30,900 nucleotides of DNA. It comes from Thermoanaerobaculia bacterium. GTDB taxonomy: Bacteria > Acidobacteriota > Thermoanaerobaculia > Multivoradales > UBA5704. The stretch's first letter is position 1. Each line of letters opens with the position of its first letter. The notes beneath the pieces are model-generated. The model searched no databases. It saw only the letters and a program-made list of their open reading frames with translations, and had not been told where the DNA came from. Of this stretch, positions 9,329 through 17,643 are shown one piece after another. A program made the position numbers and the translations under genes. The stretch is taken from the NCBI GenBank assembly GCA_044226625.1, contig JBGAGQ010000072.1:1-30900 (forward strand), in the 5' to 3' direction.

Positions 9329-9747
9329 CGCGCCTCCTCTTTCGCCAGGCTCGTCGCCGAGGTGGACACCCAGACGACCAGCCGGTTCAGCGTCAAGGGG
9401 AGGACTCCACAGATCACCACCATGACGAGCGAGAAATTGCGCACGCCGAACATCGTCTCGATCGCGTTGCCGGGGCAAGGAACCGACGTTTCGAGGCCAT
9501 ATCCGGCCAGCTCGAGCGGGATCATCGACACGGTTCCCCAGCCGAGTTGGTCGACCGTCGACCGGCGTCGCAACATGAGGGCGACCGGCACGACGTATCC
9601 CCAGTAGCAGGTCGCCACCTGCCACCAGTTCCGAAAGTAGGCCAGGCACAACCCGTGGCCGAGCGCGTTCATCGCCAAGCCGAGAGCCAGCGACACGGGG
9701 AGATAGATCTTCAGGGCAGGAAGGAGAGCTCGCAATCGGGAGATCAT
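9325..9747 (-). CDS. Small hypothetical membrane protein (140 aa, about 4 TM)
   Basis: Hydrophobic segments from 'MISRLRALL'; stop overlaps the hydrolase start as ATGA; TACAAT 9 nt upstream. Confidence 0.65.
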   Translation of the reverse strand: MISRLRALLPALKIYLPVSLALGLAMNALGHGLCLAYFRNWWQVATCYWGYVVPVALMLRRRSTVDQLGWGTVSMIPLELAGYGLETSVPCPGNAIETMFGVRNFSLVMVVICGVLPLTLNRLVVWVSTSATSLAKEEAR

Positions 9748-9835
9748 GGGGCACCGATTGTAATTCCGCGGAAGGCGACACGTCGGCGCGGCCGAGCCAA
9801 GCGAGGGGCCGCTGACGGTAGACTCTCGCGCCGCG

Positions 9836-10714
9836 ATGCCCCTGCTTTCGATCGTCATCCCGAACCTCGACTCCCCCTGGATCGGCCGGACCCTTTCCGG
9901 CCTCCAGTCGCAGTGGAACCTCCGTCCGCCGCACGAGGTGATCGTGGTCGGAAGCGACCGGCCGGGCCGGGTCCCCCGGGACGCCTCCATTCGTTTCATC
10001 GAGACCACCGAGCGGGTGAATCCGGCCGCGGCGCGAAACCTCGGAGTCGCCCAGGCCCAGGGCGAGAAGATCCTCTTCATCGACGCCGACTGCCGCCCGT
10101 TCCCCGGCTGGGCGGAACGCCTGGCCGCGGCGCTCGACCGTTCGCCGGTCGCCGGGGGCGCGGTGACCTTTCCGCGCAGCCCCGAAGAGACGACCGTCTG
10201 GGCGCTCGCCGACAACATCGCCTCGTTCCACGAGCTGCTCGCCGACCGCCCGGCGGAGGACGACACCCGCGGCGCGATCGGCAGCCTGAACCTCGCCGTC
10301 CGTCGCGACGCCTGGGATCGGATCGGCGGCTTCGACGAGGCGCTCACGACCAGCGAGGATTTCGACTGGATCCTCCGCGCCCGAAAGGCGGGACTTCCCA
10401 CCGCGTTCGTCCCCGACGCGATCGTCGAGCACGCGGCGGTCCGCGCCGACCGCGCGGCCCTCGAAGCCCACGCCACCTGGTACGGCTCGAACTTCCACCT
10501 CTTCCGGGAGCGTCACCCGGAGGCGTTCGGAACCGGAATCACCTGGAAGAGCCGAGGGATTCTCCGGGCGACCGCGCCGCTCAAAGCCTGGACGGGAGCG
10601 CTCGGGATCTTCGCCCGGCATCCTGAGTTGCGCGACTGTCGCCGCGCGTTGCCGGGTGTTGTCGCGTTTCGGCGGGCCTGGTATCGGGCGGTGATCGCGG
10701 AGTGGCCGGCCTAG
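9836..10714 (+). CDS. Glycosyltransferase family 2
   Basis: 'LSIVIPN', 'EVIVV', 'AAARNLG', DxD in 'FIDADC', 'GGFDE...EDFDW'. Confidence 0.92.
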   Translation: MPLLSIVIPNLDSPWIGRTLSGLQSQWNLRPPHEVIVVGSDRPGRVPRDASIRFIETTERVNPAAARNLGVAQAQGEKILFIDADCRPFPGWAERLAAALDRSPVAGGAVTFPRSPEETTVWALADNIASFHELLADRPAEDDTRGAIGSLNLAVRRDAWDRIGGFDEALTTSEDFDWILRARKAGLPTAFVPDAIVEHAAVRADRAALEAHATWYGSNFHLFRERHPEAFGTGITWKSRGILRATAPLKAWTGALGIFARHPELRDCRRALPGVVAFRRAWYRAVIAEWPA

Positions 10715-10795
10715 CGAATCGGTCTCCGGTAGACTTGCGCTGCAAAGACCAAGGACGTTCCGACGCGGCTCAAACGAGCCTAGCTCAGGGGTGTG

Positions 10796-11094
10796 CTGGG
10801 TGAGTCACCGGTGACCTGGCCCAGGCCAGTAGTGGCCTGGACGAAAACGCCAGTGGTTTGGCCCAGATCAGTATTGGCCTGGACGGGATCACCAGTGGTC
10901 TGGCCCAGATCAGTAGTGGTCTGGACGGGATCACCGGTGGTCTGACCCAGATCAGTGGTGGTCTGGACGGGATCACCAGTGGTCTGGCCCAAATCAGTAG
11001 TGGTCTAGACGGGATCAGCAGTGGTCTGACCCAGATCAGAGGTGAGCTGGACGGGATCACCGGTGGCCTGGACCAGATCAGTGGTGGGCTGGAC
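10796..11094 (+). repeat. Tandem array of alternating 21-bp units (42-bp higher-order period)
   Basis: 13 full units 10816-11088 alternating ctggcccagatcagtagtggt / ctggacgggatcaccagtggt, plus a degenerate 20-nt unit at 10796. Confidence 0.95.
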
Positions 11095-11154
11095 CTGGAA
11101 CAACGCCATCTCGGGAGCCTGAGCGACCCGCGTCGCGGTACGGAGAACCGTTGA
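10858..11154 (+). CDS. Possible small xxxLxxG heptad-repeat protein or gene remnant
   Basis: Frame reads (LAQISSG-LDGITSG)n; unit differences include synonymous ctg/cta/ttg, cag/caa, ggt/ggc/ggg; TGA overlaps the flippase TTG; no convincing RBS or start. Confidence 0.4.
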   Translation: MAQISIGLDGITSGLAQISSGLDGITGGLTQISGGLDGITSGLAQISSGLDGISSGLTQIRGELDGITGGLDQISGGLDLEQRHLGSLSDPRRGTENR

Positions 11155-12569
11155 CCACCGAAAAGCGATTCCTCTCCTCCACCCTCGCGGCCTATGGGAG
11201 CCAGATCGGCCGGGCGGTGCTGCGGGCGGGATCGGACATCCTGCTCGCGCGGCTGATCGTTCCCGGGGACTACGGGCTGTTCGAGGTGGCGCTCGGGATC
11301 GCGGTGGTCGCGGGGATCTTTCGCGATCTGGGGCTCGGGTATCACCTGATCCGCGATGAGCGGCAGCCGTACGGAACGGTGTTCGCCTGGACGGCGAGCG
11401 CGGGAGCTCTGCTCGCGGCCGGGGTGGCTCTCACGGCGCCGCTCTTCTCGGGTTTCGGGCACGGCCGGTTGCCGGCGATCCTTCCCTGGTTCGCGATCTA
11501 TATCTTCCTGGACGGTCTCGCCGTAGTGCCAAAGCTCTGGTTCGAGCGGCGGCTGGAGGTGGGGCGCCTCGTCGGTCCGGAGCTGCTGCGCGGGCTCGCG
11601 ATCGCGTCGGTCGGCATCGCGCTCGCCCTTTCGGGCGCCGGGGTCTGGGCGCTGGTCTGCGGCGAGCTGGCCGGCGCGGCGCTTTACGCCGCCCTGCTCT
11701 GGCGGCGAGCGTGGGGGAAGATCCCCATGCAGGTCGATCTAGCCCTCCTCCCGCGCTTGATCCGGGAGAGCGGCACGCTGTTCCTGATCGCGCTCGCCGC
11801 GTTGCCGATGCCGTATGTCGCCCGCTTCGTGCTCGGATCGCGTGGTGAGGCGGAGATCGGCTACTTCGGACGGGCGCGAGGCTGGGGCTTCCGGATTCAG
11901 GAGCTGGTGCTGCCGGCGGTCGCCCGCGTCCTCTATCCGGCGCTGGTCGAATATCGCAACGACCGGCCGCGCTTCCTGGTGGCGTTTCGGCTCGGTACGG
12001 TCTCGATCCTCGCGCTCGAGACGCTCGCGGCGTATTTCCTGTTCTTCAACGCCCATCTCGTTCTGGTGGGCATCCTGCTCGGGCCGGCATGGGAGCGGGC
12101 GGTGCCGATCCTTCAAGCGCTTTGCTTCGTGCCGCTCACGGATCCCATGTCGCGGCTCGGCGGTGAGCTGCTCAAGGTCGAGCGCGAAGATGGCGTTTGG
12201 CTTGCGATCGTCCTGCTCAATTTCGTCTCGCTTCTCGGCTTCGGCATCCCGTTCGCCCACCGCTGGGGAGGCGTCGGGGTCGCCTGGGCGCACTTCCTGC
12301 TGCTCGGCAATCTGCTGATGACCTGGCGGGTCGCGCGGATCGCGGGGCTCGAGTTCTGGCGCCTCGTGCGCGACCTCGCGTTCGTTTACCTCCTTCCGCT
12401 GCCGCTGTTCCTGGGCATCGCTTGGCTCCTCCCCGCGGGCTCGTGGGCTCGGCTCGCGGTGTCGCTCGCGGCGTGCGCGATCGCCGGGCTCGCTTACCTC
12501 GCGCGCTTCCGGCGGCCGTTTACCGACTTCTTCTTCTCGGGGGCTTCCCCCGAACGGCCCACCGCGTGA
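11151..12569 (+). CDS. Oligosaccharide flippase (Wzx/PST family)
   Basis: 'ILLARLIVPGDYGLF', 'FRDLGLG', 'GAGVWALV', 'RVLYPALV', 'GPAWERAVPILQAL'; about 12-14 TMs; GGAG before TTG. Confidence 0.88.
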   Translation: MTTEKRFLSSTLAAYGSQIGRAVLRAGSDILLARLIVPGDYGLFEVALGIAVVAGIFRDLGLGYHLIRDERQPYGTVFAWTASAGALLAAGVALTAPLFSGFGHGRLPAILPWFAIYIFLDGLAVVPKLWFERRLEVGRLVGPELLRGLAIASVGIALALSGAGVWALVCGELAGAALYAALLWRRAWGKIPMQVDLALLPRLIRESGTLFLIALAALPMPYVARFVLGSRGEAEIGYFGRARGWGFRIQELVLPAVARVLYPALVEYRNDRPRFLVAFRLGTVSILALETLAAYFLFFNAHLVLVGILLGPAWERAVPILQALCFVPLTDPMSRLGGELLKVEREDGVWLAIVLLNFVSLLGFGIPFAHRWGGVGVAWAHFLLLGNLLMTWRVARIAGLEFWRLVRDLAFVYLLPLPLFLGIAWLLPAGSWARLAVSLAACAIAGLAYLARFRRPFTDFFFSGASPERPTA

Positions 12570-13711
12570 GCGGTTCGAAGCAACGCCTGAGCGACTCGCG
12601 GAAGATCGCGTTCGTGATGCCGGGCGTCGGCATCGAGAACCGCGGCGCAGAGGCGTTCGTGGTCGAGCTGGCGACGGCGCTCGCCGCGCGCGGTTTCGCT
12701 CCGGTGATCTTCTCGCGCGGAACGCCACCGCCGGCGCCGGGCGTCGCGCACGAGAGGATCCGCGCCGTCCCACGCGACGCCCGATGGCTCGATCGGACTT
12801 ACCGCGCGACGCGGTTCGGCAAGAAGGTCCTCGACACGCTGTTCCTCGATCCGCTCTCGATCGAATGGGGCACCGCGGCGCTTGCCGCACGTGGCCGAAT
12901 CGCGCGCGGCGGCTTCGATCTGCTGGTGATGGAAGGAGGGCTCGTCGGCGCGCGGGTCGCGCGCTGGCTCAAAGCGACGCGCGGGCTTCCTTGGATCGAT
13001 CTCGCGCACGGCAACGACCCGAAATGGGAAGGGGCGTTCGCCCGGCAGAATCCCGATCGGGTGGTCTGTTTCACCGAGGCGGCGGCGCGGATGATTCGCG
13101 CGCGGGCGCCGCGGGCGAAGATTCAGGTGATCCCGCACGGCGTGGACCTCGAACGGTTCCGGTCGGACGTCCCCCCGGTGGCGCTCGACCTCGAACGCCC
13201 GGTCGTCCTCACGGCGGGAGCGATCGACGGGCACAAGCGGATGGCGCTCGCCGTCGACGCGCTCGCCCGGCTCGGCCGCGGCAGCCTGCTCGCCCTCGGC
13301 CGCGGCCCGGAGGAGGAGGCCCTCGACACGTTCGCGGCGGGCCGGCTCGGCTCGCGCCGCTATCTGCGCACGGCGGTCCCGCGCGATGAGATGCCCCGGT
13401 GGTACGCCGCCGCCGATGCTTTCACCCTCCCCTCGAAGACCGAGTCGTTCGGCCTCGCTTACCTCGAAGCGATGGCGTGCGGCAAACCGGCGGTCGCGAC
13501 CGACGACGCCGTGCGCCGCGAGGTGATCGGCGAGGCGGGCCGGTTCTGCGATCCGGAGGATGCGGATGCCTACGCCCGGGCGCTCGGCGAGACGCTGGAG
13601 GCCGATTGGGGCGAAGGTTCGGCCAACGCGCCCCGACGGCAGGCCGAGAGGTTTCCGGTCGAGCGCACGATCGACGCCTACGCAGCCCTCTGCCGGGAGC
13701 TCTCCTCATAG
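12566..13711 (+). CDS. Glycosyltransferase family 4 (GT-B)
   Basis: 'GAE', 'IPHGVDLERF', 'LPSKTESFGLAYLEAMACGKP' (E-x7-E); GTG overlaps the flippase stop (GTGA); alternative ATG at 12617. Confidence 0.92.
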   Translation: MSGSKQRLSDSRKIAFVMPGVGIENRGAEAFVVELATALAARGFAPVIFSRGTPPPAPGVAHERIRAVPRDARWLDRTYRATRFGKKVLDTLFLDPLSIEWGTAALAARGRIARGGFDLLVMEGGLVGARVARWLKATRGLPWIDLAHGNDPKWEGAFARQNPDRVVCFTEAAARMIRARAPRAKIQVIPHGVDLERFRSDVPPVALDLERPVVLTAGAIDGHKRMALAVDALARLGRGSLLALGRGPEEEALDTFAAGRLGSRRYLRTAVPRDEMPRWYAAADAFTLPSKTESFGLAYLEAMACGKPAVATDDAVRREVIGEAGRFCDPEDADAYARALGETLEADWGEGSANAPRRQAERFPVERTIDAYAALCRELSS

Positions 13712-13754
13712 AATCGCCAGTCGACGGTGCCGCCGGGCGGCACCCTAAGAACCG

Positions 13755-14573
13755 ATGCCTGCCTTCCCTCCGGTCCTGATGCTCCACCACGTCGAGCCGG
13801 CGCCGCTCGCGCCGGTCCCGCTCCACGCGAATTCCTACCTGTCGCGGGGCGAATTCGCGTCGTTCCTCGATCAGCTCCGGCGCGGTGGGTTCCGGACCGT
13901 CACGCTCGCCGAGGCGTGTCTCAAGAGCGCGCTGCCGAAGAAGGCGGTGGTCCTCACATTCGACGACGGTTGCTCCTGCTTTGCGGAGCACGCCTGGCCG
14001 GAGCTTTCCGCGCGAGGGATGACCGCGACGCTGTTCGCGCTCTCCGGCGCGCTCGACCGCGGACCGGAGGCAAGTTTGGGCGGCACCAACCGGTGGGACC
14101 GGCAAGATCCGCAGGCGATGGAGCGCGAAGAGCGCCTGCTCGACGGTCCGGAGCTCGCCGCCCTGGCGCGCGCCGGGGTGGAAATCGGCAGCCACGGCGC
14201 GCTCCACCGAGACCTCACGACCTGCGCGGACGCGGATCTCGACGAAGAGGTGGCCGTCTCGCGGGAGCGCCTCGCCGGCGCGATCGGCTCGCCGGTCGCC
14301 ACGTTCTGTTATCCCTATGGCCGGCTCGATCCCAGGGCTCGCGCGGCCGTCGCTCGCGCGGGGTACCTCGCCGCCGTATCGATCCATGGCGCGGCCCACG
14401 CGAACCGGGCGGATCGGCTGGCGATTCCGCGGATGATCGTGAATCCGGGCGAGAGCGACTTCGAGCGGCGGCTCAAGGCCTCGGGGCTCTATCCCCTCTG
14501 GAGCCGCCTGCCGCGCCTAGGCGTCCTGCGCGCGATTCGTGCGTTCAAGTCGGGCGTCCGGAGGTATGCCTGA
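13755..14573 (+). CDS. Polysaccharide deacetylase (CE4/NodB)
   Basis: 'PVLMLHHV', 'VVLTFDDG', 'EIGSHGALH', 'FCYPYG'. Confidence 0.92.
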   Translation: MPAFPPVLMLHHVEPAPLAPVPLHANSYLSRGEFASFLDQLRRGGFRTVTLAEACLKSALPKKAVVLTFDDGCSCFAEHAWPELSARGMTATLFALSGALDRGPEASLGGTNRWDRQDPQAMEREERLLDGPELAALARAGVEIGSHGALHRDLTTCADADLDEEVAVSRERLAGAIGSPVATFCYPYGRLDPRARAAVARAGYLAAVSIHGAAHANRADRLAIPRMIVNPGESDFERRLKASGLYPLWSRLPRLGVLRAIRAFKSGVRRYA

Positions 14574-15139
14574 TGGCCTCGTCGCCCCCCCGGCAGACGG
14601 GATTCCTGCCCCGGATTCGGCGGGATTTCGCCCGCCTCGAGGCGGTGAAAGGGCGCGGTCGCCTCGCCTCGCTGATCGATGCGCTGCTGTTCGATTCCGG
14701 GTTCCAAGCGCTCCTCGCGCACCGCTTGGCGCACGCCCTCGCGGCGTCCGGCGTGCCGGTCCTTCCCGCAGTCTGCCGCCGCTGGGCGATCGCCGCCTGT
14801 GGCATCGACATCCTGCCACGCTCGGAGATCGGCGGCGGTTGTATCGTGGCGCACGGAATCGGGCTGGTGATCGGCGGCCGGACGGTGATCGGTGAGGACT
14901 GCACTCTGCTCCACGGCGTGACGCTCGGCGAAGCACGTTTCACGGAGCTCGACTGCCCGCGGATCGGCGACCGGGTCACGGTGGGAGCCGGAGCGATCGT
15001 CCTGGGGGGGATCCAGATCGGCGACGACGCGATGATCGGCGCGGGATCGGTCGTTCTGTCCGACGTGGCCGCGGGAACGACCGTTGCAGGCGTCCCGGCT
15101 CGCGCGCTGCGGCCTGCCGAGAGCCGCGAAAACCCATGA
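14573..15139 (+). CDS. Serine O-acetyltransferase-like hexapeptide-repeat acetyltransferase (CysE/WcaB-like)
   Basis: 'GIDILPRSEIGGG..VAHGIGLVIG', 'LHGVTLG', 'VGAGAIVLG', 'VAGVPAR'; TGATG coupling with the deacetylase. Confidence 0.88.
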   Translation: MASSPPRQTGFLPRIRRDFARLEAVKGRGRLASLIDALLFDSGFQALLAHRLAHALAASGVPVLPAVCRRWAIAACGIDILPRSEIGGGCIVAHGIGLVIGGRTVIGEDCTLLHGVTLGEARFTELDCPRIGDRVTVGAGAIVLGGIQIGDDAMIGAGSVVLSDVAAGTTVAGVPARALRPAESRENP

Positions 15140-16308
15140 GACGACGAAACTCCCTGCTCGTTACGACGCTCCTGTCCGCCGCCCTGCCGCTCGGAGCGGC
15201 GGAGGCCCGCACGATCTGCGACGCGTCCGACGCCCTCACCGTCCTCGGCGTCGACACGGCGGCCGGGCAGACCCTGCTGACTCTGACTCCGAGGACCCAG
15301 GCTCCGGACTCTCCCGCCGCTTCGGTGATCGAGCTCGACGCCCTAGCCGAGAGGCCTCGAGCCTACGTCGATCGGCCGGACGGCCGCTTGGGGGGCTCGG
15401 TCGGCCCGGGCCCCGTGCTCGCCGTTCAGCCGTGCCCCCGCCCGGGGGGCTCCTGTCTCCAACCGGTGCGATGGAGCGAAGGCGCGTTCCGTCCTTTGGG
15501 CGAGCCGATCGTCACCCCGGCGGGCGCGACGGCCGCCGCCACTTACGACGCGAAGGGGACGCCGTGGATCGTGCTGCTCGCGCCGGCCCCGAAAGGGGCG
15601 AGCGGCGCGACCTCGGAATCGACCGATTTGAAAGCGTGGGCCTGGAGCTTCGACGGCGATTGGCGAGAACAGGGAAGCCAGATCGTCTCCGCGGTGGGCG
15701 ACCTTCCCGCCGCGCCGGCTCCGGGAGCCTCAGGCGGAATCGTCGTCGGCACCGGCCGCTTCGGAGCGGGTCCTGCCACGACGTGGGCGCGCGGGGTGCC
15801 CGCGCTCCCCGCGGACCGACGGGGCCAGCTGCTCGCCCTGTCGGAGGTCGACGCCGCCTACCTCTCGGCCGACGGGGTCGTGTACGGATCGGCCGACGCC
15901 GGAGCGACCTGGAAGCGCTCGACCTGGACTCCCTGGGGGCAGGGGACGACCGGGTCCTGGCGACAGGGAACCGACTACTGGATCGACCTACCGCTCGGCG
16001 AGCGGCGGGGTTCGCTGCAGCTCGCCTGGTTCGACCGCCGGGTTCCCGATCAGGAGCGTCTGGTCCTGACGCGGCGCGAGGCCAACGGCGATTGGACCCC
16101 GCTGATCGAAGCGCCCAGCGCGATTCGTACCAAGAGCGGCGAGCGCCTCGCCGTGAGCCACGTGATCCTCCCCCAGGCGGGGAAGTGGCTTCTACTGTCG
16201 GGGTGCGTGGCGACGAAAGAGGGGTCGGGCCTCGTGGTGCGGACGTTCGACGGCCGGAAGCTCTCCGAGCCGAAGTTCGTGGCGATCGAAGGGCCGGAAA
16301 CGAAATAG
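15136..16308 (+). CDS. Secreted hypothetical protein with an Asp-box (BNR) motif, likely beta-propeller
   Basis: Signal peptide ending 'AAEA'; 'SADAGATW' matches SxDxGxTW; Trp-rich beta-strand pattern; ATGA overlap with the upstream gene. Confidence 0.75.
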   Translation: MRRRNSLLVTTLLSAALPLGAAEARTICDASDALTVLGVDTAAGQTLLTLTPRTQAPDSPAASVIELDALAERPRAYVDRPDGRLGGSVGPGPVLAVQPCPRPGGSCLQPVRWSEGAFRPLGEPIVTPAGATAAATYDAKGTPWIVLLAPAPKGASGATSESTDLKAWAWSFDGDWREQGSQIVSAVGDLPAAPAPGASGGIVVGTGRFGAGPATTWARGVPALPADRRGQLLALSEVDAAYLSADGVVYGSADAGATWKRSTWTPWGQGTTGSWRQGTDYWIDLPLGERRGSLQLAWFDRRVPDQERLVLTRREANGDWTPLIEAPSAIRTKSGERLAVSHVILPQAGKWLLLSGCVATKEGSGLVVRTFDGRKLSEPKFVAIEGPETK

Positions 16309-16330
16309 GGGTGGAGAATTCTCCACCCCT
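16307..16330. terminator. Perfect 24-bp palindrome between convergent genes (likely bidirectional terminator)
   Basis: aggggtggagaattctccacccct is its own reverse complement. Confidence 0.6.
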
Positions 16331-16363
16331 CGTTCCGGCCGGGTAACTTTTACCGCGGACGGA

Positions 16364-16873
16364 TCACTTCGGCAGCGCCGGAATGCGCAGCTTCTGGCCC
16401 GGATAGATCTCGTCCGGATCCTTGAGCATGGGCCGGTTGGCCTCGAAGATCACCGGGTACTTGCTGCCGTTGCCGTAGTGGTGCGAGGCGATCTTCCACA
16501 GGGTGTCGCCCTTGACCACCTCGTAATAGGTCGCCTCGGGCTCCGGGTTCGCGACCTGCAGCTGGTCGTCCACCTGGGCGATGCCGTCGACGTTGCCGAC
16601 CGCGAGCACCACCTTCTCCCTCGTCTCCTGGGTGTCCGCCTTGCCCGTGAGGGTGACCTTCTCGCCGTTCACGTCGACACCGAGATCGTCGACCTTGAAA
16701 CCCATCTCCGCGATCATCTTGACCAACGCGACCTCGTGCTTCCGGTCGTTGAGCTCTTTGACCTGCTCCGGCGTCGGGCCGCCCGGCGCGGCCGGTGCCG
16801 CGGCCGCCGGGGCGTCGTCATGGATGATGTGGAGCTTCTTGCCCGCGCTCTTGAGGAAATCGATCAGACCCAT
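16364..16873 (-). CDS. kbp: BON-LysM protein (Kbp/YgaU potassium-binding protein family)
   Basis: 'MGLIDFLKSAGKKL', BON 'EKVVLAVGNVDGIAQVDDQL', LysM 'YEVVKGDTLWKIA..YGNGSKYPVIFEANRPMLKDPDEIYPGQKLRIP'; AAAGGAG RBS. Confidence 0.93.
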   Translation of the reverse strand: MGLIDFLKSAGKKLHIIHDDAPAAAAPAAPGGPTPEQVKELNDRKHEVALVKMIAEMGFKVDDLGVDVNGEKVTLTGKADTQETREKVVLAVGNVDGIAQVDDQLQVANPEPEATYYEVVKGDTLWKIASHHYGNGSKYPVIFEANRPMLKDPDEIYPGQKLRIPALPK

Positions 16874-16950
16874 CGTGTCTCTCCTTTGTCCCTGGGATCT
16901 CTGACATGGCGTCCCTCAGCCCAAAAGGCCCGAGGGATCGCGACAGAGTA

Positions 16951-16966
16951 TGCAAAAGGATTGCCG
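16951..16966 (-). promoter_or_regulatory. Putative sigma-54 promoter of kbp
   Basis: Minus strand CGGCAATCCTTTTGCA: GG-N10-GC with TTGCA. Confidence 0.6.
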
Positions 16967-17016
16967 AGATGGGAACTCCCCGTCGAGGCGACGGGAGGAT
17001 CGCCGGCCGAAGCGAC

Positions 17017-17412
17017 CTAGCGTACGTCGCCCTTGGACGCTCCCAGCTCTTTCCGCAACGCCTCGAGCTGGCCGAGGTGCCCTTTCTGATCGGCGACCAC
17101 GCCCGAGAGCGCCTCGGCGGGCACCCCCTCGAGATCGCGGAGCATCTTCGGATAGAGGACGTCGTTTTCGTAGCGCTCTTCGGAGATCGCGCCCGCGACG
17201 TCGGTCTCTCCTCCCCGCACCTGCTCGGCGGCTTCGAGCAGACGAACGGCGAGGCGATCCTTCGACTCGGCGAGGTCGCGCCAACGCCGGGCGAGATTGG
17301 CCAAACCGTCGCGCTCGGCACGGCTGGCATAGGCACGAAACCGAGCGGCGCTCGCCGCCTCGGCGTTGAATCCGGTCTTCAGGTGTTCCTGGGCACGCGG
17401 GATCCTCGACAC
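17017..17412 (-). CDS. Rubrerythrin/ferritin-like four-helix protein lacking the rubredoxin domain, degenerate ligands
   Basis: 'HLKTGFNAEAASAARFRAYASRAERDG', 'AISEERYENDVLYPKM'; GGAGGAGG 5 nt before GTG 17412 (alternative GTG 17427). Confidence 0.75.
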   Translation of the reverse strand: MSRIPRAQEHLKTGFNAEAASAARFRAYASRAERDGLANLARRWRDLAESKDRLAVRLLEAAEQVRGGETDVAGAISEERYENDVLYPKMLRDLEGVPAEALSGVVADQKGHLGQLEALRKELGASKGDVR

Positions 17413-17643
17413 GAGAGCCTCCTCCACTTCGAGCTAAGATGAGCGAGCCGGAGAGCGGACGTGTTCCGGCCAGGTTCCTCATTCTACGAAAGTCGCGCCT
17501 CGCGGCCAATGCGCCGCCACGTTCCGTTCCCGAGTCCGACGCGCGCTCCGGCCGTCTCCAGCCGTCGACGGGGGCGCGACGCAACCCGGCACGCGGGATG
17601 AGCGTAGGATCTCCCGGGCTCGAACATCTCTTCGCCCGCTCCC

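Noticed and set aside
8504-10621. 705-aa fusion ORF ending in the hydrolase
   Set aside because: The upstream part is antisense to GT2 and off-frame to the small membrane gene; the real start at 9328 has a strong RBS
10796-11094. CRISPR array
   Set aside because: Units are contiguous with no unique spacers, and there are no cas genes
10780-11462. Minus-strand repeat ORFs (QTTGDPV and PLIWSRP frames)
   Set aside because: By-products of the periodic DNA; variation between units is best explained as synonymous in the plus-strand frame
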